A stretch of DNA of 64,000 nt. It comes from Candidatus Thermofontivivens primus (lineage in GTDB: Bacteria > Sysuimicrobiota > Sysuimicrobiia > Sysuimicrobiales > Thermofontiviventaceae). The stretch covers positions 32,001 through 96,000 of the forward strand of contig JAVKJW010000004.1 of NCBI GenBank assembly GCA_031458695.1. The letters are read 5' to 3'. The notes below the pieces were generated by a model. The model was not told the origin of the DNA. It did no database searches and was given only the letters and a program-made list of their open reading frames with translations. Numbering within the stretch: the stretch's first letter is position 1; every line of letters starts with the position of its first letter. This document shows, one piece after another, positions 9,865 to 19,281 of the stretch. Both the position numbers and the translations under genes were made by a program.

Positions 9865-10242
9865 ATGGATTTGGAAGTAGGGAGCATTGTGGAAGGCGTC
9901 GTGGTGAAGATCACGCACTACGGTGCGTTCGTGGAGCTCCCAGATGGAAAAAGCGGACTCGTCCATATCTCCGAGATCGCAGACACCTACGTCAAGGATG
10001 TCCGGGATTACCTGAAAGAGCAAGACCGGGTGAGGGTCAAGATCCTCGGGATCAACGAGAAAGGGAAGCTTGACCTCTCCATCAAACAAGCGATTCCTCC
10101 GGAGGAGCGGGCAGCGAAGATGCGCGCCCGCTCTTCGTTTGAGCAGATGCTCGAACGGTTCAAGAAGGAGAGCGAGGAACGCCTCCTGGACCTGAAGCGC
10201 AATACCGAAGCCAAGCGAGGCGGCGGCCGCCGCAGGCGGTAA
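9865..10242 (+). CDS. S1 RNA-binding domain protein (YabR/Gsp13-like)
   Basis: VGSIVEGVVVKITHYGAFV...GLVHISEI...LSIK S1 fold and SFEQML..FKKESEE tail. Confidence 0.9.
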   Translation: MDLEVGSIVEGVVVKITHYGAFVELPDGKSGLVHISEIADTYVKDVRDYLKEQDRVRVKILGINEKGKLDLSIKQAIPPEERAAKMRARSSFEQMLERFKKESEERLLDLKRNTEAKRGGGRRRR

Positions 10243-10253
10243 GGCGCGCCGAC

Positions 10254-10366
10254 CGCGTTCGTCGCGTGGATTGCGTTCGTGGTGTTTGTTGCATTCTGAA
10301 CACAACAGATGCGAGGAACGCGACAAACGCAATAAACGCAAAAGACGCGATGGACGCAAGAGACGC
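10254..10366. repeat. Inverted array of degenerate 9-bp tandem repeats
   Basis: About 5 units of (Y)GCGTTCGT type followed by about 7 reverse-complement (RACGCRAYA-like) units, between convergent genes. Confidence 0.7.
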
Positions 10367-10707
10367 TAGACGAGTCCTACGATCCCGCAGAGATCCTCAA
10401 AAGCCTGCCACGTGATCTCGTCCCGTTCTAGCTGCCTGGATGCTTCTGAGATCCCCTCTTGCGCCTCCAACGCCTGGAGTTGCTCGTCCATGCGCTGGAT
10501 GCGCAGGAGGACCTGGGAAAGCAGTTCGTGGAAGGGCGCCTCCGGCAAGATCGCCCGTATCTCCTCAATCGCCTTGCGCTCACGCTCCCTGGCCATCCGA
10601 TCCATCTCCCTGGCCTCCAGGCGGGAGAAGGCCACAAACCCTCTCCGTTCCTCCACGGAGCGCGCTAGGATCGATTGGATCTTCCTGAGGATCTCCTCTT
10701 CTCCCAT
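10366..10707 (-). CDS. Hypothetical helical protein
   Basis: 113-aa ORF with GGAGAGGA RBS; last gene of the minus-strand operon. Confidence 0.65.
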   Translation of the reverse strand: MGEEEILRKIQSILARSVEERRGFVAFSRLEAREMDRMARERERKAIEEIRAILPEAPFHELLSQVLLRIQRMDEQLQALEAQEGISEASRQLERDEITWQAFEDLCGIVGLV

Positions 10708-10722
10708 GAGATCCTCTCCCTT

Positions 10723-11610
10723 CTAGCCCTTCGAATGTGAGGGGAATTTCTCTGACCCAGGGACCGCGGGGACGCCATAGTTGAGGAGAACGCGGAGGGC
10801 GCGGAGAGTCGTCTCCACCCCCGCAGCTGGGTTGTCCTCGCTCCCCCACCCTCCTTCCGCAGACTGGAGGGCTAGGAGGCGCTGGAGACCGACGTCCACC
10901 AAGGGATCCCATCTTCCAAAGCCAGCATCCCACAGGCAATCCAGCAGGGAGGCCAATTGCGCCGCATCCCACCGGTCGATGGGAATGGATGCGAGGGACG
11001 CCGCGGCCTGCTGGACTACTTTCGCGGTGATCCCCTCCACGCGTGCGAATAAGGCAAGGGCGAACCACGTTGTGTGGGGAAGCCCCTCAAAACGGCCCTC
11101 AACGTGACGGGAACGCAGGAAATCCAGGGCACGGGCAACTGTGTGGTCACCCTCGTACCCGAGAAGAACAAGCCAGTACCCCACCTGTGCAGTGGTCGCG
11201 GTCCTCGCCAGAGTGAAACCAGGGCGAACCGGCGGGGGAGGGTCGAATTTGATCAAAGCGGGGTTCTCGTCCCAGCTCCCATCTGGCCGCTGTATGGTGA
11301 AGAAGTAAGTAGCGATCCTCTCCTTCACCCTTTCTATATCCGGCGGGGTTCCAGGGATGGGAAGAGGAGAGGTTCCCACTAGACCCAGGTCCCGGAGCCA
11401 ACCCAGGATGATGAGCGTAAAATGAACAGAGGATGGTCTTCCTGGGATGAGGTCGTAGGGGAAGCCGCCGTCCTCATTCTGCTTGCTGAGGAGGGCGCGG
11501 ATCAGCCGTGGCTCAGGGTGGCGGTTCCCCAATATCCCCATGAGCCGCCACCGCTCAAGCTCGCTTCCATGTCGCTCCACGTAGGCGATTGCGCGAGAGA
11601 GGTACGTCAT
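10723..11610 (-). CDS. Prenyltransferase/squalene-cyclase (QW) repeat protein
   Basis: QNEDGGF, QRPDGSW and QSAEGGW repeats; ATGA overlap with the upstream gene. Confidence 0.75.
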   Translation of the reverse strand: MTYLSRAIAYVERHGSELERWRLMGILGNRHPEPRLIRALLSKQNEDGGFPYDLIPGRPSSVHFTLIILGWLRDLGLVGTSPLPIPGTPPDIERVKERIATYFFTIQRPDGSWDENPALIKFDPPPPVRPGFTLARTATTAQVGYWLVLLGYEGDHTVARALDFLRSRHVEGRFEGLPHTTWFALALFARVEGITAKVVQQAAASLASIPIDRWDAAQLASLLDCLWDAGFGRWDPLVDVGLQRLLALQSAEGGWGSEDNPAAGVETTLRALRVLLNYGVPAVPGSEKFPSHSKG

Positions 11611-12308
11611 TTCAGGGTTTCCAAGAACTCACCGATGGCCTCATTGACTTTCTCTGGTTGCTCTAGCATGACCATGTGCCCTGCGCCTGTCACAATGACC
11701 AGCCGGGAGTTGGGGATGTGGGCGTGCAGGTACTCGCTGTACTTCGGTGGCGTCATCCGATCCTCTGCCCCACAGATGACAAGCGTTGGAACTCTGATCT
11801 CGCCCACGCGGTCCATCACGTCGAATCCATGGCAAGCGAGAAAGTCCCCATGTGTGACCTCCGGCTGGGTCTCCCGCAGCACCTGCCTCGTCTTCTCCAC
11901 TACACGTGGATCGGCGCCTGGACCGAACAGCCAACCCAGCAACTCCTCAACGGTCCTGGCATAGTCCTCGATGAGCCCGGAGAGAAACTCTTGCCGGACC
12001 CGCAGCCGCGCACCCGTCCCGACGAGGATCAACCCATGAAGATCACCTGGATAGGTGAGGGCATAACCAAGAGCAATGGCACCCCCAAGGGAGTGGCCAC
12101 CGAGGACCACCTGTCCCCATGCGCGGGACTGGATGTACTCCCGGATCCACTCTACATACTCCTCCACCCGGCTGCATCCCTTGCCGTATGGGTGCCCAGG
12201 AAGATCGGGCGCTTCGGCACCGGGAAAGGCTAAGAGCTGGTACTGCCAGATCTGTCCGCGCCCTCCCGAGCCATGGATGAGGAGAAGCCGAGGGTACTTC
12301 CCGCTCAT
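11607..12308 (-). CDS. Alpha/beta hydrolase
   Basis: HGSGG oxyanion motif, GHSLGG nucleophile elbow, GAED and AGH catalytic Asp/His. Confidence 0.9.
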   Translation of the reverse strand: MSGKYPRLLLIHGSGGRGQIWQYQLLAFPGAEAPDLPGHPYGKGCSRVEEYVEWIREYIQSRAWGQVVLGGHSLGGAIALGYALTYPGDLHGLILVGTGARLRVRQEFLSGLIEDYARTVEELLGWLFGPGADPRVVEKTRQVLRETQPEVTHGDFLACHGFDVMDRVGEIRVPTLVICGAEDRMTPPKYSEYLHAHIPNSRLVIVTGAGHMVMLEQPEKVNEAIGEFLETLK

Positions 12309-12742
12309 TTCCCGCTCCCCGACAGCAAAAGCTGGCGCCGGCTCCACACGCCAGCGATGAGGACGGGACCGAAGATCACGCAAAACGCATTGATCACAAT
12401 CTCGATGGCGACGCTAGAGCTCAGGACCGTGTAGATCCCGTTCTCCAAGTTGAACAAGATATCCATGAGGCCCAGATAGATGAGGCTGCTCCCAGCAAGG
12501 AGAGACCAGAGGAGCCCGCTGGAATCCGCTCGCAACAGCCCCCTCGCCGCCAGGGCCGATGCGACCACGAGCCAGGCATCTGCGAGGGGGAAGGCCCGCT
12601 CGAAAGCCAGGTAGACCTCATCAGTCCGGGTCTGGACGATCCCTTCAGAGGTGAAAAAGACGATCCAGTACACGACTGTGACCACGGCGGTAAGGATGAG
12701 GAAAGCCCCAAATACGGTGAACGCAGTCGGACGTCCCATCAC
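12305..12742 (-). CDS. Four-TM membrane protein of unknown function
   Basis: Four hydrophobic stretches and an FERAFPLAD segment; overlaps both neighbours by 4 nt. Confidence 0.75.
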   Translation of the reverse strand: MMGRPTAFTVFGAFLILTAVVTVVYWIVFFTSEGIVQTRTDEVYLAFERAFPLADAWLVVASALAARGLLRADSSGLLWSLLAGSSLIYLGLMDILFNLENGIYTVLSSSVAIEIVINAFCVIFGPVLIAGVWSRRQLLLSGSGK

Positions 12743-13173
12743 GCCTCCCTCCCCGGCAGGTTGTCCCGGGCGTAGACTCCCTCAAACTCTGTCGGGATGG
12801 TCCGCAAGATCTCGAGCCAGCGCTGGGTAGAATCCGCCCCCTTCAAGAGCTTGAGGAAATTGCCCCGGATCTTGAGCTTGCGCATGACGAACGCCGCGTT
12901 CGCACCGAGGCGGCCTACCAGGATGTCCACCCAAACCCCGTATGGCCCGGAGAGCGTGAAGTCGGTAGGCCGCTCCCCCTCCCAGATCTCGGAGATCTCT
13001 CCCCCATCCACACGGAAACCCACAACGATTCTCCGCTCAACTCCCTTCGCGGGTTCAGGCTCCAGGACAAGGGTGTAGGAGTCATGCTCATCCTTGGCCA
13101 GCTCCCGGTATTTCTCGTCGGCGTTGGTCCGGCGCTGCACCTCCACCAGGTATTCCCAGCTTCCAAAGCGCAT
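12739..13173 (-). CDS. SCP2 sterol/lipid-carrier domain protein
   Basis: PTDFTLSGPYGVWVDILVGRLGANAAFVMRKLKIRGNFLKLL is an SCP2-type signature; GAGGTG RBS. Confidence 0.75.
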   Translation of the reverse strand: MRFGSWEYLVEVQRRTNADEKYRELAKDEHDSYTLVLEPEPAKGVERRIVVGFRVDGGEISEIWEGERPTDFTLSGPYGVWVDILVGRLGANAAFVMRKLKIRGNFLKLLKGADSTQRWLEILRTIPTEFEGVYARDNLPGREA

Positions 13174-13178
13174 CTCGT

Positions 13179-14201
13179 TCACCTCGCTGGCATCTCCACA
13201 ACCACCTTCAGCGGCTCGGGCATGGGCGCTGCGAGAGCCTCGAACCCTCTGGACACAAGATCCTCTAGCGGGATCACATGGGAAATGACCGACTGAGGGT
13301 TCACCTGGCCGCGGGCAAGGTAGGTGATGGCTGCCGGGTACTCCTCCGGGCCACAATAGCTCCCCAAAATCTCCACCTCGTTCAGGACGACGGTCATGAA
13401 ATCGCTTTCCACAGGCTCCTCGCAGATACCAAGGATGACCACCTGCCCGCCCTTCCGCACGAGCATGGGAGCTTCCTTCAGAGTGGCGGGAACACCGGCA
13501 CATTCGAACACGAAGTCCACTCCCTCTCCCTCGGTCAGCTCATCGAGGCGGATGTAGAGGTTTTCAGCGAGCGGGTCGAAGACAGCGTCGGCACCGACCG
13601 ACCCCCCAGCGCGGCGGCGCGGTGGGCTCGGTTCGGAGAGATAAACCGCTCTCGCCCCGGCCAACTTCAGGCACTGTACTGTGAGAAGACCTATCGGTCC
13701 CCCGCCGAGGACGAGCGCACGGTCACCTGGCTTGAACCGGGAGCGTCGGATCCCATGGAGAACGTTAGCCAGCGGGTCGATCAGACAGGCCGCATGGTCA
13801 TCTACGGACTCAGGAATGTGGTGGAGCGCTCCTGCTGGGGCCTTCATACGCGTGGCCATCCCCCCGTTCATGTTCACCCCTGGCATCAACACCTCCTCGC
13901 AGAGGGAAGGCCTCCCATGCCTGCAGAAATAGCACCGACCGCACGGGATCACACCGTTGACGGTAGCACGGTCCCCCGGCGCCCACCCTTCTACTCCGGG
14001 ACCGACCTCCAGGACCTCCGCGGCGATCTCGTGGCCGATGACGATGCCGGGTTCGTACATCCCTGTCTTGTACGCACCCACATCGGAACCGCAGATCCCA
14101 CAGGCCTTCACCTGGAGCAAGACCTCACCAGGCCCAGGCACGGGATCAGGGAGGTCGACCACATCGATATCTCCTGCACCCCGGAAAACCGCTGCCAGCA
14201 T
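13179..14201 (-). CDS. Zn-dependent MDR dehydrogenase (butanediol/threonine dehydrogenase-like)
   Basis: CGICGSD, GHE, CGRCYFC..C structural Zn site, GGGPIG. Confidence 0.9.
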   Translation of the reverse strand: MLAAVFRGAGDIDVVDLPDPVPGPGEVLLQVKACGICGSDVGAYKTGMYEPGIVIGHEIAAEVLEVGPGVEGWAPGDRATVNGVIPCGRCYFCRHGRPSLCEEVLMPGVNMNGGMATRMKAPAGALHHIPESVDDHAACLIDPLANVLHGIRRSRFKPGDRALVLGGGPIGLLTVQCLKLAGARAVYLSEPSPPRRRAGGSVGADAVFDPLAENLYIRLDELTEGEGVDFVFECAGVPATLKEAPMLVRKGGQVVILGICEEPVESDFMTVVLNEVEILGSYCGPEEYPAAITYLARGQVNPQSVISHVIPLEDLVSRGFEALAAPMPEPLKVVVEMPAR

Positions 14202-14300
14202 CCCTGATGATCCCCACCATCCATCTCTTCGCTCTCAAGCGCCCCTCCCCTGCTTGTGTCTCTATTGTCCCGGGCGAGGAGGAGTGTGTTGGCTGTGGAT

Positions 14301-14310
14301 TGTCTAGACA
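14301..14310. promoter_or_regulatory. Candidate operator palindrome TGTCTAGACA in the divergent intergenic region
   Basis: Perfect 10-bp palindrome fitting the GTnTAnAC core of HutC-subfamily GntR boxes. Confidence 0.35.
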
Positions 14311-14370
14311 GGGAGGGATTGATCCCATGGCGAAGGGATTGCCTGATGCAGAACCCGGGAGGGAAGAGCC

Positions 14371-16902
14371 ATGGGGATCTTTCGGACCACAGAGGAACTC
14401 TACCGGATCATGGGCGCGTTCTTCGACCGGTTGAGCCAGGAAGAGCAGATTACCCGCCGCCTCGTCCAGGGGAACTTCGTCCTGCGTCTCCGTTTTCGCG
14501 ATCCTGAGGGGTTGATCACCATTGACCTGCGCCGCCTCCCCATCTCCTACCAATTCGGGGAGAGCGCCCTCGTTCCCGATGTGGAGTTGACCTCCTCTGC
14601 CGACCTCGCCCACCAGTTCTGGCTCGGACGCGTGAACATCCCCATGGCCGTTGCAACGCGCCAGATTGTGGTGCGCGGCTCAATCCGCAAGGTGCTGGAC
14701 CTCCTGCCAGCAATCACCCCGGCCTTCCAGATCTACCCGCTTGTCTTGAGGGAGCTGGGCTATGCGGATCTCCTCCCCAGGGCAGCTCCCGTCAGGAAGC
14801 GAAGGCGGAGGCTCGAGCTCCCTTTCTTTCGCCCTCGCCCCAAGGTGGAGTTGGAACGGCTACCCCACACTCCCATCCCTATCTTCGAGGAGATCCCTCC
14901 GGAGGCGCCCCGGAAGGCTCCCTCGCCCCTCCCGGAGGATCCTACAGCCCTCCGGCGGGAGATGCTCCGGCGCATGTACCTGATCAGGACGGTGGAGGAA
15001 CGCCTGGCCAGCGAGTTCCAGGCAGGTCGGCTCCCCTCGGAGGTCCTCTACCGCTCCACCGGGCAGGAAGCAGTGGGGGTTGGGGTGTGCTTCGCCCTCC
15101 GCCCGGACGATTTCATCGTCACCACCCACCGAGCCCTGGGACACGCCATCGCGAAGGGCGTAGAGGTGAACTCCCTTGTCGCAGAGCTTTTCGGGAAGGA
15201 GACGGGGTTGTGCCGGGGGAGGGGTGGCCCTATGCACGTTGCTGACGCGGGCGCCGGAATCCTGGCGACGAGTATCGTTGGGGCATCCTGCGTCCTCGCC
15301 ACCGGCTTTGCCTTGGCGGCGAAGCTCCGCGGGGAGGACCGGGTGACGGTGGCGTTCCTGGGCGATGGAGCCACCAACCAGGGGATGTTTCACGAGGCCG
15401 TGAACCTTGCAGCTGTCCTCGCTCTCCCCGTGGTGTTTGTGATTGAGAACAATCAGTACGCTGAGTTCACCCCCCTCCACCGTCACACCCTCGTGACCGA
15501 CCTGTCCAAGCGGGCGCAAGCGTATGGCATCCCCGGCGTCTCCGTCGACGGCAACGATGCCCTCGTGGTGTATGAAGCAGCGCGCGAGATGATCGAGAGG
15601 GCACGGCGAGGAGGCGGGCCTTCCCTCTTGGAATGCCGCACTTACCGCATCGCCGGCCATACCGAGGGTGAGGATGTGGTGTACCGGACAGAAGAGGAGG
15701 TGGAAATGTGGAAAGCAAAAGACCCCTTGACCCGCCTCGAGCAACTCCTTCTCCAGGAAGGGACGGTGGATCTGGCCACTGTTCAGGGATACGCCAGGGA
15801 GGCAAACCAAGCCGTGGAGCAAGCGCTCGCCTTTGCTCGAGAAAGCCCTGAGCCGAGCGTGGAGGGTCTCACCGACTTCATCTATGCCCCAGAGCGGGCA
15901 GTCCTGTTTCAGGAGGCCCCCCTCCCCAGGACGGAACGCCAGATCTCCTTCTCTGCGGCAATCCGCGAGGCTCTGATGCAGGCCATGGAAGAGGATCCAC
16001 GGGTCTACGTGATTGGAGAGGACGTGACCACAGGAGGGTACTTCGGAGTCACGGCAGGGCTAGTGGAACGCTTCGGAAGGGAGAGGGTGATCGATACACC
16101 TATCAGCGAGAGCGCGATCCTCGGATCTACCGTAGGAGCGGCGATGGCAGGCATGCGGCCCGTCGCCGAGATCCAGTTCGCAGACTTTCTGTCTTGCGGC
16201 TTCGACGCGATCCTGAACCATGCCAGCAAGCTCCGGTACATGTCGGGGGGGCAGTTCCAGCTTCCCCTCGTGATCCGCGCTCCCGGCGGTGGTGGGTTGG
16301 GGCTGGGCGCACAACACTCCCAGAGCCTTGAGGCCCTCTTCCTGCACATCCCCGGGATCCTCATGGTTGCTCCTGCAACTCCTGCAGATGCCAAAGGTCT
16401 TCTCACGAGTGCGATTCACTCGAACAACCCTGTGCTCTTCTTTGAGCACAAGCTGCTCTATGCGACCGTCGGTCCCGTACCCGAGGAGCGCTACACAGTT
16501 CCCCTCGGGCGCGCCGCCCTCCGGCGCGAGGGAAGGGATGTAACGGTCGTCGCCTTTGGGTGGATGGTCGAGCGGGCCCTGGATGCGGCCCGAATGCTGG
16601 AGGAGGAGGGCATCTCCGTAGAGGTGCTGGACCTTCGGACACTGATCCCTATGGATACCCAAGCCGTGGTGCGCTCTGTCGAAAGAACAGGGCGGCTCGT
16701 GATCGTCGAGGAGCCTCCCCTCACCGGAGGAGTTGGGGCGGAGGTGGCGGCGCGCATTGTGGAAGCCACCTTCGGGGTCTTGCGTGCCCCCGTTCGCCGC
16801 GTAGCCACCGTGGATACCCCTCTTCCCTACAACCGCAGGCTGGAGGGTGCGGCGATCCCTCACGCCGAGCGCATCCGGGAAGCGATTCTCAGTATCCTCT
16901 AA
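14371..16902 (+). CDS. SCP2 domain fused to TPP-dependent dehydrogenase E1 alpha and beta (AcoAB/PdhAB-like)
   Basis: N-terminal ~130 aa SCP2-like (PDVELTSSADLAHQFWLGRVNIPMAVATRQIVVRGS); GDGA...ENNQY TPP motif, RIAGH; beta half with GEDV, DTPISE, QFADF and QHSQS. Confidence 0.88.
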   Translation: MGIFRTTEELYRIMGAFFDRLSQEEQITRRLVQGNFVLRLRFRDPEGLITIDLRRLPISYQFGESALVPDVELTSSADLAHQFWLGRVNIPMAVATRQIVVRGSIRKVLDLLPAITPAFQIYPLVLRELGYADLLPRAAPVRKRRRRLELPFFRPRPKVELERLPHTPIPIFEEIPPEAPRKAPSPLPEDPTALRREMLRRMYLIRTVEERLASEFQAGRLPSEVLYRSTGQEAVGVGVCFALRPDDFIVTTHRALGHAIAKGVEVNSLVAELFGKETGLCRGRGGPMHVADAGAGILATSIVGASCVLATGFALAAKLRGEDRVTVAFLGDGATNQGMFHEAVNLAAVLALPVVFVIENNQYAEFTPLHRHTLVTDLSKRAQAYGIPGVSVDGNDALVVYEAAREMIERARRGGGPSLLECRTYRIAGHTEGEDVVYRTEEEVEMWKAKDPLTRLEQLLLQEGTVDLATVQGYAREANQAVEQALAFARESPEPSVEGLTDFIYAPERAVLFQEAPLPRTERQISFSAAIREALMQAMEEDPRVYVIGEDVTTGGYFGVTAGLVERFGRERVIDTPISESAILGSTVGAAMAGMRPVAEIQFADFLSCGFDAILNHASKLRYMSGGQFQLPLVIRAPGGGGLGLGAQHSQSLEALFLHIPGILMVAPATPADAKGLLTSAIHSNNPVLFFEHKLLYATVGPVPEERYTVPLGRAALRREGRDVTVVAFGWMVERALDAARMLEEEGISVEVLDLRTLIPMDTQAVVRSVERTGRLVIVEEPPLTGGVGAEVAARIVEATFGVLRAPVRRVATVDTPLPYNRRLEGAAIPHAERIREAILSIL

Positions 16903-16975
16903 GGACGGTTTATTGGGTTAACGCCACTCCGCTACGCTCCGTGGCTTACTGCAAGCAAATCACTCGATTCAAGAT

Positions 16976-17617
16976 TCACAGTCCCTTTGGGAGCCCGATC
17001 AAGAAAGGGTTGCTGAGGCGCTCCTGACCAATGGTCGTAACAGGACCGTGGCCTGGGTAGACCATGGTCTCGTCTGGGAGGGGAAGGAGGACCCGGGAGA
17101 TCGACCGCAGCAGTTCCCTGTAATCCCCACCTGGGAGGTCGGTGCGTCCGATGCTCCCTGCGAACAGAACATCCCCTACAAACGCGACGTTGTCCCCCAG
17201 GAGGACGATATGGCCGGGGCTGTGCCCTGGTGCGTGCGCTACCCGGAGAGTGTAGCGGCCGGCGGAGAGGAGATCCCCTTCCTCAAGGAGACGATCGGGG
17301 GGAGGAGTCTCGGGGATGTCTAGCCCCGCAAAGAGCTGCGCCCGTATCCGTGCAGAAGCGATGGCCTCCTGCTCTTGAGAGTGGGCAAGGAAGGGCGCCC
17401 CCGTCCGCTCACGCACCGAGCCCACGGCACCGATGTGGTCGAAGTGCCCGTGTGTGGCCACAATGGCCTCAATCTCCAGACCAAGCCGTTCGATCGCCTC
17501 GAGGATCAACGGAGCATCATCCCCGGGGTCAACCACGATCCCGCAGCGGGCCTCTTCATCGCCGATGATATAGCAGTTGCTCGCCAAGGGACCCACTACG
17601 ATCTGCTCAACGATCAT
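16976..17617 (-). CDS. MBL-fold metallohydrolase (glyoxalase II-like)
   Basis: THGHFDH, PGHSPG, GDVLF and PGHG motifs. Confidence 0.9.
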   Translation of the reverse strand: MIVEQIVVGPLASNCYIIGDEEARCGIVVDPGDDAPLILEAIERLGLEIEAIVATHGHFDHIGAVGSVRERTGAPFLAHSQEQEAIASARIRAQLFAGLDIPETPPPDRLLEEGDLLSAGRYTLRVAHAPGHSPGHIVLLGDNVAFVGDVLFAGSIGRTDLPGGDYRELLRSISRVLLPLPDETMVYPGHGPVTTIGQERLSNPFLIGLPKGL

Positions 17618-17937
17618 CGGCCGCCCCCCCCTGCTCCATGAGCACTGCCTTTCCCCGCGGCGGGCTCCTTCGCTCTGGGTGCCGTGGGGAACCTGCTGAG
17701 ATAGCGATAAACGGCTTCTAGCCGGAATTTGAGCCGCTCCTCCCATCCCTCCCCGTCGATGTCACCTTCTGGCATGAACAGGACCGTCCGTGCCTGTCCG
17801 AACTGGATCCCAAACTCGAAGCCCGGGAAGGAACCCTCCCGGTAGAAGACCCACGCTCTGTCCACCTTTAGGCGTGGATCGATGGTCCTGGCAACGGCAT
17901 CGAGGCGCCGGAAAGCCTCCTCCTCGGAAATCGCCAT
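17614..17937 (-). CDS. Hypothetical protein
   Basis: 107-aa ORF, GAGGTG RBS, ATGA overlap with the MBL gene. Confidence 0.65.
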   Translation of the reverse strand: MAISEEEAFRRLDAVARTIDPRLKVDRAWVFYREGSFPGFEFGIQFGQARTVLFMPEGDIDGEGWEERLKFRLEAVYRYLSRFPTAPRAKEPAAGKGSAHGAGGGGR

Positions 17938-18074
17938 CGTTACCCACCTCTGTGAGGTTGCTGCATCCATTCTAACACAAGAGGAAACTCCACCCTACGC
18001 AAGGAAGAATGAATGTAAGGGGTCTCGACTGGCTTCTCGGAGAAGTCTAGGGAACGGACTGGAGGCGATTCCCA

Positions 18075-19250
18075 ATGGAGGTAACAACTCGTCCCACAGA
18101 TTACTACGCCTTGGAGGAGCTCCTTACAGAAGAGGAGCGCCTGACCCGGGACATGGTGCGGCAGTTCGTCGAGCGGGAAGTTCTTCCCCATATCGGGGAG
18201 TGGTGGATGCGCGGGGAGTTCCCCCGCCATCTCGTTCCGAGGATGGCTGAACTGGGCATGTTGGGCGCGAACCTCCCACAGGAATACGGTTGCGCGGGGA
18301 TCGGGAACGTAGCCTATGGGTTGATCATGCAGGAGCTGGAATACGGGGACTCCGGACTCCGTAGCTTCGTCTCTGTCCAGAGCGCCTTGGTGATGTACCC
18401 TATCTACGCCTATGGAAGCGAGGAACAGAAACGGACATGGCTCCCCAAGTTGAGCAGGGGGGAGGTGATCGGGTGCTTCGGCCTCACCGAAACCTCTGCA
18501 GGCTCCGACCCCGCCTCGTTACAGACACGAGCCCGTCGAACCCGAGACGGCTGGATCCTGAATGGGACGAAGATGTGGATCACCAATGGCTCCATGGCCG
18601 ACCTTGCAGTGATCTGGGCCAAGGATGAGGAGGGGGAGATCCGCGGGTTCCTTGTGGAGACCTCCTGGCCTGGCTTCTCCGCCCACGAGATCAAGAATAA
18701 GGTCTCCATGCGGGCCTCAGATACAAGCGAGCTCGTCCTTGAGGATGTCCACGTGCCAGAGGAGTATGTTCTCCCCAAAGCCGTGGGGCTGAAGACAGCA
18801 CTCGGTTGCCTTACCCAGGCTCGCTATGGGATTGCCTGGGGTGCCGTGGGCGCGGCCATCGCCTGTTATGAGGAGGCCCGGAACTATGCCCTCGGCCGTA
18901 TCGCCTTCGGGAAGCCCATCGCCTCCTTCCAGATCATCCAGGAGCGCCTCGTAGACATGCTCACGGAGATTACGAAGGGGCAGCTCCTCGTCTATCACCT
19001 CGGGCGCTTAAAGGACAGCGGGAGGATGACGTACGCTCAGGTCTCCTTGGCCAAGCGCAACAACGTACGCATGGCCCTCAACATCGCCCGCGCCGCTCGG
19101 TCGATCCTTGGCGCCTACGGGATCACCGTGGAGTACCATGCCATCCGCCACATGTGCAACTTGGAGACAGTGGACACCTATGAGGGAACCTACGACATCC
19201 ACACGTTGATCCTGGGGAGGGATATCACGGGGATCTCGGCATTTTCATAA
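18075..19250 (+). CDS. gcdH: Glutaryl-CoA dehydrogenase-like acyl-CoA dehydrogenase
   Basis: DSGLRSFVSVQSAL, CFGLTE..AGSDP, KMWITNG and TYEGTYDIHTLILG motifs typical of GCDH. Confidence 0.85.
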   Translation: MEVTTRPTDYYALEELLTEEERLTRDMVRQFVEREVLPHIGEWWMRGEFPRHLVPRMAELGMLGANLPQEYGCAGIGNVAYGLIMQELEYGDSGLRSFVSVQSALVMYPIYAYGSEEQKRTWLPKLSRGEVIGCFGLTETSAGSDPASLQTRARRTRDGWILNGTKMWITNGSMADLAVIWAKDEEGEIRGFLVETSWPGFSAHEIKNKVSMRASDTSELVLEDVHVPEEYVLPKAVGLKTALGCLTQARYGIAWGAVGAAIACYEEARNYALGRIAFGKPIASFQIIQERLVDMLTEITKGQLLVYHLGRLKDSGRMTYAQVSLAKRNNVRMALNIARAARSILGAYGITVEYHAIRHMCNLETVDTYEGTYDIHTLILGRDITGISAFS

Positions 19251-19281
19251 GTGAGCCGGAAACCTTCCAACCTGAAACGTC

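Noticed and set aside
10254..10366. CRISPR array
   Set aside because: Units are 9 bp and degenerate with no unique spacers; no cas genes in the window.
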